DNA of 63,591 bases, counting the filler, from Choristocarpus tenellus KU-1152 (taxonomy: Eukaryota; Protista; Phaeophyceae): NCBI GenBank assembly GCA_964200185.2. It is 14 parts of 14 records of this genome, joined end to end, with 100 filler letters (N's around TTAATTAATTAA, not from the genome) between each part and the next. Parts side by side here need not be neighbours in the genome. Positions count along the whole stretch, not along the records: positions 31,733 to 41,222 come from CAXNAD020003636.1; positions 41,323 to 46,160 come from CAXNAD020012857.1; positions 46,261 to 49,069 come from CAXNAD020024567.1; positions 49,170 to 53,705 come from CAXNAD020014108.1; positions 53,806 to 57,420 come from CAXNAD020018946.1; 9 more parts are not named here. One strand, written 5' to 3'. The notes under the pieces were generated by a model. The model did not search any database. It was not told the DNA's origin and was given only the letters and a program-made list of their open reading frames with translations. The translations under genes and the position numbers were made by a program. This document shows positions 40,901-53,845 of the stretch, one piece after another (the stretch's first letter is position 1; every line of letters begins with the position of its first letter).

Positions 40901-41194
40901 CACATCTAAAACAATAAGCGACCTTCAGCAAAAGCATGAACAGCGCCCTTCCCTTGCCCTAGTCTGAAAGGTAAAACTATGGAAGGCTGCCTGCCTCTTG
41001 TGCTAACCCTTATCCCAACCCAACCCTAACTCTATCCACAACATCTATCGGCGCAAGGACCTCCCCGCAATGGCAGTCATCATATAAACACTGGTTCTGA
41101 CATCACCATACATAAAAATGGAACTAGTTTGTGGGAGACGCTCAAGTCATATTGCCAGGTTTAATACACAGTGACGATTTCCAAGGAAGGACCA

Positions 41195-41222
41195 GGGTCA
41201 AAGTATCTGGGGGGGGGGGGGG
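41195..41222. mobile_element. Left terminus of MITE family A at contig end
   Basis: GGGTCAAAGTATCTGGGGG then the contig break. Confidence 0.7.
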
Positions 41223-42159
41223 NNNNNNNNNNNNNNNNNNNNNNNNNNNNNNNNNNNNNNNNNNNNTTAATTAATTAANNNNNNNNNNNNNNNNNNNNNN
41301 NNNNNNNNNNNNNNNNNNNNNNCATTCCGCTTGCTTGCCGAGGCGCCCAAAACTTTCCAACGCAAAGGTGTTGAGGTTAAAACTACCTACATATTCATTA
41401 TTATTATGCCCTCTGATATTTTGCAGATGTGTCAGGGGGGAAACCAATGTAACTACCTACATATTTTATATTCGTATACAAGAGAACAAATATGATTTAA
41501 CGAACTAATCATTATTGCATATGTCAGGGACAGGTTCCTTTTTGGGGATCTTCGACACACACACTTGTGCATAATAAGACACGCGGTCATATACAATTTC
41601 AAGCGCCAAAAATCACGTCATTTGAGCTCACCCATACCGACCAGTCCAATAAACCAATCGCACCCATAAGATCCGGATTTGACCACCAAACAGCCAAAAT
41701 GGACTGTCAGAACGAAGAGACATTCCGATTCTGACCAACCCATTTCTTTGCTGTGACATTGCTCAGTCATTGGGGAAAATCTGTTGTGTTTTGAGGTTTT
41801 TGTTCTGTGCTGGATTTCCTCGACAGACTTTGAGATGCTGGGCCAAGACCTTTGATACTCGGTCTCACCTTCTGAGGTGGAAGAGTTTAGTCCGGTGATT
41901 GTGATTGCCCCCTTGAGCAGAGAACTTGGCACCTTTGACACTTCCACATATAATATTGTGTTAGAGTTGGAGGAGACTACTCGAACTTCTTTTTTAAGAT
42001 ACATACTATGTGTATCAAACCCTTGTACAATGATGTGGAACGAGATTTCAAGGGAGGTGTAATGACGAAACTCTTCTCTGAGATATTCCTCTTTTGTTCC
42101 ATTTTCCACCAACGTTGACATTCAACATGTAGCGGTACTTTAATGGGTTATTGATGTAC

Positions 42160-42510
42160 AATATAGGACAATTGTATGGTGTACCCTGTTTTGTGTATGT
42201 GAGATTATGCAATTGGATTGACTTGATGTAATGTAACAAATGAGATAGTACATCTGGATTATGTAAGGGGTTTGGTATTGCAATTAAACTTCTCTGACAT
42301 AACCCTTGACTTACATCTGAGGCACAAAAAATAGCATAAAAGCAATAAGAAGACACCCCATAAGGTCACTCTTCTTTTCAACCATGTAATCATATTCGGC
42401 AATGGGGAATCGTGTGAGCCTCCCATATCTTTCTTCTCTCTTCTTCCGTACTGAGACGAACAACAGTCTAAATTTACACGGATTATGAATACTTTCCAAG
42501 TTTAATTGCA
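42160..42510. repeat. Diverged direct repeat, copy 1 (copy 2 at ~44208-44700)
   Basis: Shared blocks GGTGTACCCTGTTTTGTGTATG, GACTTACATCTGAGGCACAAA, AAGGTCACTCTTCTTTTCAACCATGTAAT and TTCTTCCGTACTGAGAC. Confidence 0.8.
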
Positions 42511-42609
42511 CAGACTGAGGCTCAACGGTATGAAGAACGACATGAAGAAGTTGTCCATCTGGACTGGAGCACCAGGGGGGCAGTGGAGACCTGGACAACA
42601 TGGAAATTA

Positions 42610-43870
42610 ACTGTGTGGGTTACGCCGGTGGAAAGGTTCTGTACGACATTCTCGGGCAAAAATGCGTGGTCACTGAACTCACGGAGATGCTAACGGAACA
42701 GGAACAAAGAGCACACCAGAACTAAAGAAAGAGTCAATGGAGGACACATGGAGGACGAGATCCCTGTCCAGCTCAACAGAGGTCACGCGGAGGATGATAT
42801 CCCTGTGCAGCTCATGTGGAGGATGTGCAGGATGAGATCCCGATGCAGCTCAACACAACACACAAGGAGCTGAAACAGGCAATAGTCTCATCATCGTCAT
42901 ACCAACAAAGTAGACCTGCACCTTTATCAAAAATGGGAAGCTGGAGGCTAAGGATACATGGAATATGGTACTATTGACAATGAGCAAGAAATGGAAGTCA
43001 AGGATGATAATTCAGGATGTACTTTGGGTACCTGGTATGCCATGCCAAATATTGAGCACTGGGACCCTGTGACAAGATGACAGACAATCAAGGCAATGCA
43101 GTCGGAGTTACAACTCTGGCCAACCCTGCACCAGATGGACCTGGAGCAGCCGTCACCGCACTTGTCCCTGAGGGGGCATGCCCATCGAGGGAGACCCCAA
43201 GATTCTTACTTACAGAGCAAGAAAAAGCAATTGCTATACCCTGCCACAGAGTGAGCAGGATATCAGCAGGAGTAGTAACTAAGCCTCCACCAGAGGGGAA
43301 AGGAGCAGCTACATCTGAGGTGCTTGCTGCGATGGCACACCTCCACAACCCCCCACTCGCCTTTAAGAGGGCTAGAGTTAGGACCCTGAGGGAGAAGGAG
43401 ACAAGCAAGCAACACTGGTAGGGTAAGGCTTTGCTCTTTCCAAGGTAATTGCCACAATGGCAGACCTTGATGACTCTCGCAGGGAAGGTTGTCAGCAAAG
43501 GGCTGCCTGCACAAGACTTGTAAGTCTGGGGAGTAAGTACTACCTGTTACAGGCGAATAGTGCAAGCGTTTATTTCCGCGTGCTAACATGCACGAACAGT
43601 ATACATACGTTAAGAATTAATACAAGAGGAACTTTGAATTGATAGAAGATCATTCATAGAGGGAGAGATTTTGCCACGGGGAAGATATACTGTCAAGACT
43701 AAGCCCGAATTTAATATAAGGTCGACAGTTGGGGGGATCATTGAACGGTTCAAAGCCAGGTTGGTGGCACAGGACTTCACTCAACGAGAGGGCTTGCAAA
43801 ACCTTCAACTATGATAGGCTTCGGGTCTGGGGTAGTGAGTGCTGGTTCAAAGTTTCACCGATACGCCAAG
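42610..43870 (+). mobile_element. Degenerate Ty1/copia retrotransposon fragments
   Basis: 43665-43795 translates with one frameshift as EILPRGRYTVKTKPEFNI/KVDSWGIIERFKARLVAQDFTQREG, the copia RT motif RxKARLVAxGFTQ. DRLRVWGSECW (~43815) and CVGY..LYD (~42613) resemble the region after the integrase core. Confidence 0.7.
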
Positions 43871-44207
43871 CGAGGGATCATCATGGGACACGATTGTACA
43901 TCTCTGTGTTGATACAACTGAAGAAGCAGGTAGAAGACTTTGTAGATACTGCGTTTATAAGATGAATATAGTGTAAGAGTTGAAGCGATCCGTGTTCCTT
44001 TGCTTCCACTCCCATGGGGGAGTGTCCAGAATAAGTTATAAATTGCAGTAATACGTAACCTAAAGCATATGGGACCATTCAGACAGGCAGTGTTGACAAG
44101 GTTGTAGATTAATTTCGTTCTCTGACAATGGATGTATGTTTTTTTTTTAAGTTTGAGTTTTCCAGCAACCCTTCATTGCCTGCACTCTCATGCTGGAGAG
44201 TATGGAA

Positions 44208-44700
44208 AATAGGACAATCCTAAGGTGTACCCTGTTTTGTGTATGCAAGATTATGACATCGGAATGAGTCCATGTGATGTAACTAATGAGATAGTACAGT
44301 TTGCCTGCACAAGACTTGTAAGTCTGGGGAGTAAGTACTACCTACTCCAGACCATCAACAACACCTTCTATATCAGAGGCACTCGCAGGGAGTGACACAC
44401 GAGAATGGCAAGCGGCGATGGAGAAAATGGAGTGATATTGGATGAAGGTAACATTCATTTGGATGACGTTTGGTATTGTACTTAAACTGATCTTACAGGG
44501 CCGTTGACTTACATCTGAGGCACAAATAATAATATAAAAGCAATAAGAAGACACCCCACAAGGTCACTCTTCTTTTCAACCATGTAATAATACTCAGCAA
44601 TGGGTATCGTGAGAGGCTCCCATCTCTTTATTCTCTCTTCTTCCGTACTGAGACAAACAGCAGTCTAGATTTACACAGGTTATGACTACTTCCCAACTTT
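44208..44700. repeat. Diverged direct repeat, copy 2, interrupted by a ~170-bp insert
   Basis: Matches 42160-42510. The insert begins with a 42-bp exact copy of 43505-43546. Confidence 0.75.
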
Positions 44701-44844
44701 AACTTGACAATCCCAGTATGATACTGAAGAGGGTAGGGAATTTCCTCCTGAGGCAATAGGACAGACTTCGTCTCTTCAGGTCAGTCAAAATCAAAAGGTT
44801 AGTCGTTGCTTGAGTCGTCTGTCTCAAGTGGGAACTAGTTCCAA

Positions 44845-45026
44845 GACCCAAAGTATCTGGGGGTGGGGGGGGTCTACACCAGGGTATCTATTTGAATCAT
44901 AACCAGGAAAAGTGTATGTACATTTATCCATCCGGCGTATGCAACCAAATCACACAAGAATCGCTACATGAAAAAATTGGCCCCAAATGGACAGCCGCCC
45001 CCGCCCCCCCCAGATACTTTCTGCCC
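44845..45026. mobile_element. MITE family A copy
   Basis: GACCCAAAGTATCTGGGGG...CCCCCAGATACTTTCTGCCC with CAA flanking both ends. Confidence 0.85.
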
Positions 45027-46538
45027 CAATTTCGACCCAGGATGTCTACACAAGAGAGGTACCCCCTAATCTTCATATATATTCTGACATGTACTTGGGG
45101 AACCCCCTCTGTCCACTTTTTTCACTTCTTCAAACAAACCTTAGAGCTTTTTTTCACACGGACGTTATGATTAGGGTTAGAGTTAGAATCTCCAAAAGGA
45201 GTGTGAAAATGAAAAGTAGTGGATCCTTGAGAGGTAGTGATTCCCAGTGCACACCATACTCCTCCAACACGCCTCTTCTGGAATGTTTCCTTGGCTGGTT
45301 AGGGGTATCTTAACACACAAGCTAGGGTTAAGGTTAGAGATAGGGTTAGGTTTTCAAAAATGCTCATGAAAAAAATGAAAAAAAGTATGACAGGGGGGTT
45401 CCCAAAGACGGCGGGACTCCCTTGTGCATTGCAGTGTTCGAGGTATGCTTGACAACTTCCAGTCTTGGTAAAATTGAAATTAACCCACTCTTTTGGACAA
45501 TGATGACTCTTTCCCTGAATCGTGCCTTCAAGTCTTTCCCCAACTTTAGGAGAGCAGGCGAGATTACTTACCAGCAGGCTTTGCGGGGAGATATTGAGTG
45601 GCATTCACTATTATGCGATATGATTGCTATTCAAACGGCAGCAGGGTCTAAGGATTCCCTCCCTCCCTATTATTCCGCCATGTTCCTGGCATGACTTGAA
45701 GGCAGTTTTTGTCCAATCGTTTTCCCTTGTTAATGCAGAAGCAAGGTATGGTCGTTAGTGGACACGTATCACGCAGAACATGGATGAAGTCGTACATCTT
45801 TACTCCTATATTTCGTGGATTTCAAACATGTCTTAGAGGTAGGACGTGCTTCTACGGGTTCTGATCCTTTGAAATGCGGCTTAAAACTTGCTATTGATTT
45901 GTTTGAAGAAGCACTTGAAACGTTTTTGAAACTACTGCAAAATAAGGATAAATTAGTGTAAAATATGATAATGAGGTCATTTCCAAGAACCAAAGGATAA
46001 GAAGCTACAATTTTGAGTGGTTACAGTATTTCTTTTGAAATTGTCCCACGGACATATTTTTATTTTTCTGGGATAAGTATAGGCAACGTGTGAATCATGT
46101 GATTCTGTGGCGGCGTGGTTCACTCAGGCAAGGGTGGCGAAGAGAATCACCGGGCAAGATNNNNNNNNNNNNNNNNNNNNNNNNNNNNNNNNNNNNNNNN
46201 NNNNTTAATTAATTAANNNNNNNNNNNNNNNNNNNNNNNNNNNNNNNNNNNNNNNNNNNNGGGTCGACGGGGGGGTTGCCATGCCGACGTTCTGACCCTC
46301 AACGTGCCCAGTTCTGGCCTTAAAATCACCCCAAAAGACCCCTACTTTGACAGCTTGAAGCACCTCGAGTTTGTGCCTGATGATCCTCGACCCCCGCCTT
46401 TCTGAGAGCTGAGATTGCCAACCCAATTTCATTCTTTGGGGTTATCGTCCGATTCGCTGCCGTTCTCGCTCGGTGAGTCCAAATGTTTCACGGTACAAAC
46501 TTATGGCACAGAGGTAGTACATACCTAAGATAGTTTAA

Positions 46539-46797
46539 GAGTCAAAGTAAATGAGAGGTACACAGGTTTTGCCCGTTTTGCATTATTAGCCAATTTTTTC
46601 ATCTTTCACAATTCACTCGTGTTTCTATGGGTGAAGTGCTAAGTTTGACTTGAGACCGTTGATTTTTTAATATTGTTTAAAAATCTCAACAATTCCGAAA
46701 ATATCATATACCCATTTCTAAACATAGACGAGGTTTTGCATATGATTGTCACCATACTTAAGTGAACTCTGGGTACCTCTCGTTTACTTTGAAACTC
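46539..46797. mobile_element. MITE family C copy
   Basis: TIR GAGTCAAAGTAAATGAGAGGTAC...GTACCTCTCGTTTACTTTGAAACTC. Confidence 0.75.
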
Positions 46798-47346
46798 AAG
46801 TACCTTGACACATGCAATGAAGCAGCATCAGACTCTCTGTTGAAGATGCTACTGATAAAAGGCGAAATTGATCTATGCACCCCATCCAAAAAGTGTTTCG
46901 ATGATATAAGTGGACTTGTCCCAGATATGTAGATACATATGCTGCCAATTCAAAAACCTTTCACTTTTCCTTTAAGCTTCATACACCATGATTTTAATAC
47001 ATTATTAGAGTGACTTGTCTCCTTCACAAAACGTAAACATACTTCATCCTTTTCAATCACTTGTACACTCCTCCACTCTCAAACCCATGATGATACCTCC
47101 ATCCAGAGGATCTCATCTGTCACAGACACAGACAAAAAACAGTACATGCATTTCCAGCACAGAAATGAAGGGTCAGGCACAAGGTTCAAAAGGTCTCTCA
47201 TGGGTTAAAACCTACCCCCCTCTGGGACACTTAGACTCTTAGCAAGGAACATTATACCAACAACTGTACAACGGCATCCCCAACAGATCCGTTAGATCCC
47301 CTAACTTTTTTTTTGCTAGAGTCGGAAAGAAATTCCGCTGGGTAGA

Positions 47347-47528
47347 GGCCCAAAGTATCTGGGGGGGTGTCAGCTGTCCATTCGGGGCCCATTTTTCCAC
47401 GTCGTGATTTTTGGGTGATTTGGTTGCATGCGTCGGATGGATATAATGTAAGACCACTTCTCCTGGTCCGGGCCCGAACGGAAACTCTGGTGTAGCCCCC
47501 CCCCCCCTTCCCACAGATACTTTGAGCC
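47347..47528. mobile_element. MITE family A copy (opposite orientation)
   Basis: GGCCCAAAGTATCTGGGG...CACAGATACTTTGAGCC. Confidence 0.85.
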
Positions 47529-48970
47529 TACATATCCTTGAAGACCAGTGCCAGTATCAGAAGAAACACGCCCATTATATGCTACTCTTTCTTGTGCGTA
47601 TATGTATGAATATGTAAGTATATACGTGTATATGTATATGTAAGTATTTATGTAGTATCTATATGTAATCTAAAGGAGTAAAAGGAGTAGCCAGCCATGG
47701 AACACTTACCAGTCAAAATGATCTACATCTCTTTCGCTTCATGCAAACCGTAAAGGGTGTATTTTGTTTTCGAAAAAAAAAAATTGTTCTTGAAGCAGTT
47801 TAGGTGTATAGACAACATTCATGTAAGGAATAGGAAGGAAACACCAGAAACAAACGAAAGAGTAACATGCGTGGTCTTCTTCAACCAGAAAGAAATTAGA
47901 GTCGTCCAGAACGAGGTGCCCACCTTTGCTCTCTTGTCTCTGTTGTAGCCTTTGTGTGAGGAGTTCGACATTCCGCTTCTTGCTATCATCTCATTTAACC
48001 TTGTAGGGGAACTGAGCTGCCCATGCTGCTTGGTGTTTGTCGTGCCACAGGGGTTGGTATGTTAATATGTGCCCCTCATACTCTGATGTTCAAACCGCCA
48101 GCATAGTCCCCTGTCCACGGTTTCCTTCCAGAGGTGAGGCGATTGCCTTTCACTGACCAGTGCAGTGTGGGATCCGTTCACAGCGTAGTTGTCCCCTTGT
48201 CAAGGGGGAAAGTGAGCGAGGTCGACTCTCCAAGGATGTAGCACTTAGTCTCCTTCTTTAGCATCCTCCAGGCATCCTCCAGGCATCCTCCCATCTCATT
48301 TTGCACAGATGTGCTTCCTCACGTTCTTTGCACATATTCTCGACTTGATCTTGTAAGGTGGAACCAATCACCTCGACAATGAAATTTCTTACACCATAAC
48401 TTGTGATCAAGAACGCTTTCTTTAGTAAAAGTGGGTGTGATGTGTTTGTATGGTTATCCTCTACAGCATTTACTATGTGAGTTTTCGTTGATGGTTAAAT
48501 CCTCCTTCTCTTCCCCTGCAAGTCACGACTTCTCCGCTCAAAGACGACCGACTTCTTATGAGCGATGAATGTATTACCAAGAGTGCTTAATTTCGCACCA
48601 TCCACGTTATCAATATATTTTTCCGTACCAGGTCTGGACCAAGTCTATCTCACAAGATTTTTCTCAATAGTCGAGCTGTAGTCTACACAGAAAATTTTGG
48701 GGAACTTTCAGACTTGGCAACAACGTAAATAAGACTACCCCAAGGGTTGGCACGTTTTCAATGATGCCTTGCTCTTCCCTAGTGTTGCAACAAAAGCCAA
48801 TCATTTCCCCGAGTGCGGGAAATTGATCTGTATCGGTCTTTGTACCGAATTTATGCTTCAGCTATACTCTATCCGCCCAGTTCTGCTGGGTTAATGGAAA
48901 ATATCGATTTGTAATGGGCATACAGATATCCAAAAGCTGAGATACTTGTGAGTGATTGAACCTTGTATCT

Positions 48971-49069
48971 GAGTCAAAGTATCTTAGAGGGTAGAGCCGT
49001 GTCGATTTGGGGACCAAAATCCAATGTTGCGATCTTGATGTAATTTTGGCGATCGTGTTTGTTAGGAAG
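48971..49069. mobile_element. MITE family B, left part at contig end
   Basis: GAGTCAAAGTATCTTAGAGGGTAGAGCCGTGTC... then the contig break. Confidence 0.85.
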
Positions 49070-49371
49070 NNNNNNNNNNNNNNNNNNNNNNNNNNNNNNN
49101 NNNNNNNNNNNNNTTAATTAATTAANNNNNNNNNNNNNNNNNNNNNNNNNNNNNNNNNNNNNNNNNNNNAAGTTCTGCTACCCCCCCCCTTGATCCCCCT
49201 CAACAACTCTGGCTCATTTTTCAGTATCTTTGATTTTTTGGAGGAGTCCCCTTTTATTTTCCCTGGAATTGTGTATACTACGTAGCCCCTTGGAATTGGG
49301 TATTGATTTTACTGCAAGGTGGAGTCTGGTTGGTGGGGGGGTTGTCTTTGTTGGAGAGGATTTATCAGTAT

Positions 49372-49859
49372 CATTTAGATGTATCAATGACATTTAGATG
49401 TACCAATGACATTTAGATGTATCAATGACATTTAGATGTATCAATGACATTTAGATGTATCAATGACATTTAGATGTACCAATGGCATTTAGATACATCA
49501 TTGACATTTAGATGTATCAATGATATTTAGATGTACCAATGGCATTTAGATACATCGTTGACATTTAGATGTATCGATGATATTTAGATGTATCAATGGC
49601 ATTTAGATGTATCTATAGCATTTAGACTTATCAATAACATTTAGATATATCAATGACATTTAGATGTATCAATGACATTTAGATATATCAATGACATTTA
49701 GATATATCAATGACATTTAGATATATCAATGACATTTAGATATATCAATGACATTTAGATATATCAATGACATTTAGATATATCAATGATATTTAGATAT
49801 ATCAATGACATTTAGATATATCAATGGCATTTAGATATATCAATGACATTTAGATGTAT
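49372..49859. repeat. 19-bp minisatellite CATTTAGAT(G/A)TATCAATGA, ~25-26 units
   Basis: Contiguous units with no spacers. Confidence 0.95.
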
Positions 49860-51206
49860 GCTTTGTCTGGTGGTATGTACGTAAGTCTGGAAGAGACAAA
49901 TTCTGATGTAACAACATATACAGGGTGCTCAACGGTGCTTTGGCTTGAGGGCAGGTATACAGGTGTGGTGAAAAGATGGATAGTACATACTCCAAGCACA
50001 TTAATAGCCTGTCGTTTCGTCTCTTGTAGCAGGAAATATCATAGATATACTTTGCCCAAAGGGGCCTTTCATGAACCTCTTACGCCTCTCTCATGTACGT
50101 ACAATATATAAGCAAGTAACTCCTGCCTGTACATCTGTATGTGTCTCTGTCTCTGTATATTACGAGTACCAAATGTCTCATCCTCGCGCGTAGGCTCGCT
50201 CGCACACACTTGTTTTTTATGTTTAGACCCTGAAAAGTAAAAAAAAAAAAAAAACTTGCCACCACGGGGTCTGTGCAACTACCTTTTTGTCTCACAAGTA
50301 CCATCTCTGTAAAACCAAGTAATCCATGTCCGTCCGTCCGTCCGTCCGTCCTTCTTGCTTATTTTTCTCCGTATTTGTCAGCACCGACTCTGTAGCGCTC
50401 TTCTTTCTCTTTATGACTTGTTTGGAGTTTGAGTCCTATCATAATAGGATAGTCAGTGTGTAGATGAGATGACCTTGACTTCACCATGAGGTACGTCCCT
50501 TGTACACAGAGACTGAAGGAGTCACACCACACTCTCTCCTCTCTCTCCTCTCCCCCACACTCCAGCACGAAACCCCTTTAAAGGTTCCACTCCACTTCCT
50601 AGAGGGGACCGTAAAGCATTTTTGTTGTAGAAGTAGGATAGGAGCATACGGCATGGTTCCAAGAACGGGATAGCACCCACAACAACAGTTGCGAATTGGA
50701 TTAGCATTAAAGGAATACTCAAGTTGTAGTAACAATCGTTTTATTTCAGTACTTAGATCAAAACACGATTTTGTATTGGTATGTTTAGACCACAGGGAAA
50801 ATATTAGTATTAATAGAGATACTACTATAGCAAGATTTCTTGGTCTTTCCAGGAACGACCAGGTTTGGCTGCAGTATGCACTTTAACAATATTCGATTTG
50901 TATGACCATGACGTGCTAGGAAGATAGGTTCAAGAGGAGTGACATCAGAGTTGATCGCATGTGAATAGTTCGGATGCTTTTTTTCTTGGTTTGCCTCTCA
51001 TGCGTATATCCATTTTCTTTGTGTCCCTGGAGCATCTCACATCCAATGAGATTGAAGGGCTACTCTCTGCAACAACACAGGCTGTCTTGCAACTTAAGCA
51101 TACGTTTTGTACTACTAATGAATTGCCACAAAGAAAAGGCAACACATTTTTATCTTATTATTTTACAACAGTTGAGGAGTGAAGGAATATTATTATTACT
51201 ATTACT

Positions 51207-51386
51207 GGGTCAAAGTATCTGGGGGGGGTGGCGGTTGTCCATTCAGGGCCAATTTTTTGTTTTTCCATTTTTTGGGTGAATTTGGTTGCATATGTCGGAT
51301 GGATGGATAAAGTAATTGCACTTCTCCTGATCAACGCCCGGATGGACACCCCTGGTGTAGACCCCCCCCCCAGTATACTTTGAGTC
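51207..51386. mobile_element. MITE family A copy
   Basis: GGGTCAAAGTATCTGGGG...CAGTATACTTTGAGTC with an ACT duplication. Confidence 0.85.
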
Positions 51387-53845
51387 ACTATTATTATTAT
51401 TGTTGTTGTTGTTGTTGTTGGAAGACATGACATACGAGACCAAAAATTAGGTGCTATAAATCGGAGTGTGAGCTGGATAGAGCTGGCGCAAGACAAACCA
51501 ACAAAAAGTTGCATGGAAGGCGTACAGGGTTGGCTTGAGCAGATGTGTGATGCAGAGAATACTCGATAACAGCATCGACCTATAGAGCTGGTTAGAGCCA
51601 GCTAGAGTCGACCCAACCCCTGGATGTGAGGTTGGTAAGAATAATCAGGTACCATTACCCTGATCTTACCAAAAAAGAATTTAAAAAAAAATACTTGAGC
51701 ACATGTGTGAGCCGGTGAATGAGGACAAGAGCTGTACCGATAACTAATATATATAGGCAAGCAGACAAATGGACAGATGGGATTCACTTTGTTTGTTGTG
51801 GTAGGGTACATAAGTGGCATCCATAGTCCTTGCAATATTGAGGAATAAATGCATGAGACTAGTGCCCAGGAATAGGAGATTCTTCGTTGGAGTTGAGCCT
51901 AATTGGTGTAGTACAAAGAGTAACACTTCCACCAACAATTATTTGAGCTAAGTGCCACATTGAGCCATTGGGATTCACAGTCTTGGCCAACCTTTCCCCG
52001 ATCTTGGTATTTATTTTTATTACATTGTATCATAGGTAAGGTACATTATATTTCTCCAACTGATGCATTCATATAGTGGTTAAATGTTTTGGCATGTAGT
52101 ATTATTGGTGTAATGATGACAGGAAAAGGGGATCTTTGACGGAAACCCAAGTACGAGTGGGGCACTTCCCAGGTACCAGGAGAACGTAACCAGGTTGAGT
52201 GACCCTGCAGAGTGCCTCGAGCTAGCCTTGTGAAGGCAGGTGGAGAGACTGACCCTGATCAAGCACTCAATTGGAAATTGAGAGGGGTGTGAGCCCTTGA
52301 ACCTTGCTTGTAATGTCAGGAGCGTGTCCACTTAGCTACACAACATGGCTGCACTTGTAGATGTGTTGCATAGCTCGGTGGATAAATACATATCCTGATA
52401 ACTTTGCAGGTACAGTATACATGTACAGTATTCATGACGTGGTAATTCTGTATTCCAAGTGAGAGGGTGGGGATAAACGAGGGCATGTTGCAATAGGATT
52501 CAGTAAATTAGTAGGAAGTGCCTATCATTAGCGAACTGGGTTTGGATTCGAGTGAGGCGCCAATGCTGGTGCCTCCTAGCTCTAGCATGGTAGAATAATT
52601 TAGGAGTGGTGCTTGCCCCCCAACATATTAATAACCATCTGTTGTGTACAGGCACGAAGATGAATCGGCCGGGCTCACGAAAATTTGGTTATTTTCCATC
52701 ATTTCTGTTGTATTTGATGAGATGTACTGTAGTATTGTATTATATGATGCGAGTCAAAGCAACTGAGAGCAGGGGGTATTTGGCCGTTTTGATTTTCTGG
52801 TTGTGTTTCAAGAGGATGAGTACATTCAAGAAAGGGCGTCAATGAGGATGACTTGCTTCTGCAAACTGAATGTACTAACAAGACAACCAAAAATACTCAC
52901 TCCACGGCTGTGGACTATGTGCTCCGAAAATACGTGCCGTTAGAATGTCAGAGGGACACTTACCACTCAGTTGCACCCCCCTTGTGAATATGTTGGCTGT
53001 GCATTTGTGCATTTTGATATTCAAATTTATGTTTATCAATTGCTGTACGCAAGGTGTGTGTGTTTCATGAAGTAGTGTCTCTTTCTGCAATTCAGGTGTT
53101 TTTCTGAAACATGCCAGTCATCCCATTCCTGACCTGGTATCCATCCTACTCACTGTAGTGGAGGTATGCAATGCTTAGCTCTAGTACTGCTACTGCTCCT
53201 TTTCGACTGATAGTCAAAGTGTTTAATTACTGTTTGGTGATGATATCCAATCATTGTTTTACTACTTTGTTTATGACTAAGTAATGCACCTGGTTTCTGT
53301 GGCAGGGTGAATGCTCTGAACAAGTGGTAGCTAGCCTTCAAAGCAATTTTTCAGTCACTTCCCTAAATCATACTACCACCTGTGGGATGTTGATGAGTAT
53401 GGAACCACCGACCACAGTTTCAATTTACGCAGATTGCACACGTATTTCTCTATCTTCCAAAATGCAAGCATTCTTTAGTCTTACCAAATCATATTGAGTA
53501 CTTTGGAGGACAAGTTATTGCAGTATGTATTTATTTTCCCCTCTATCGCATTAATTATTCCACAGGTTGATCTTTGAAGTCTAAAGGTATTTCTCTCCAC
53601 CTAACCATGGACCCATCTCCGTGCAGGTGGTAGTCCCGAACATGGCATGCAGGGTCATTGACCGTGCAATACAGGTGCATGGGGGTATGGGTGTCTGTCA
53701 GGACANNNNNNNNNNNNNNNNNNNNNNNNNNNNNNNNNNNNNNNNNNNNTTAATTAATTAANNNNNNNNNNNNNNNNNNNNNNNNNNNNNNNNNNNNNNN
53801 NNNNNCCCCCCCCTTCACATGCGGAATCAAAGCCTCCACTCAAAT

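Noticed and set aside
49372-49859. CRISPR-like appearance of the 19-bp array
   Set aside because: Units are contiguous with no unique spacers, no cas genes are present, and the context is eukaryotic.
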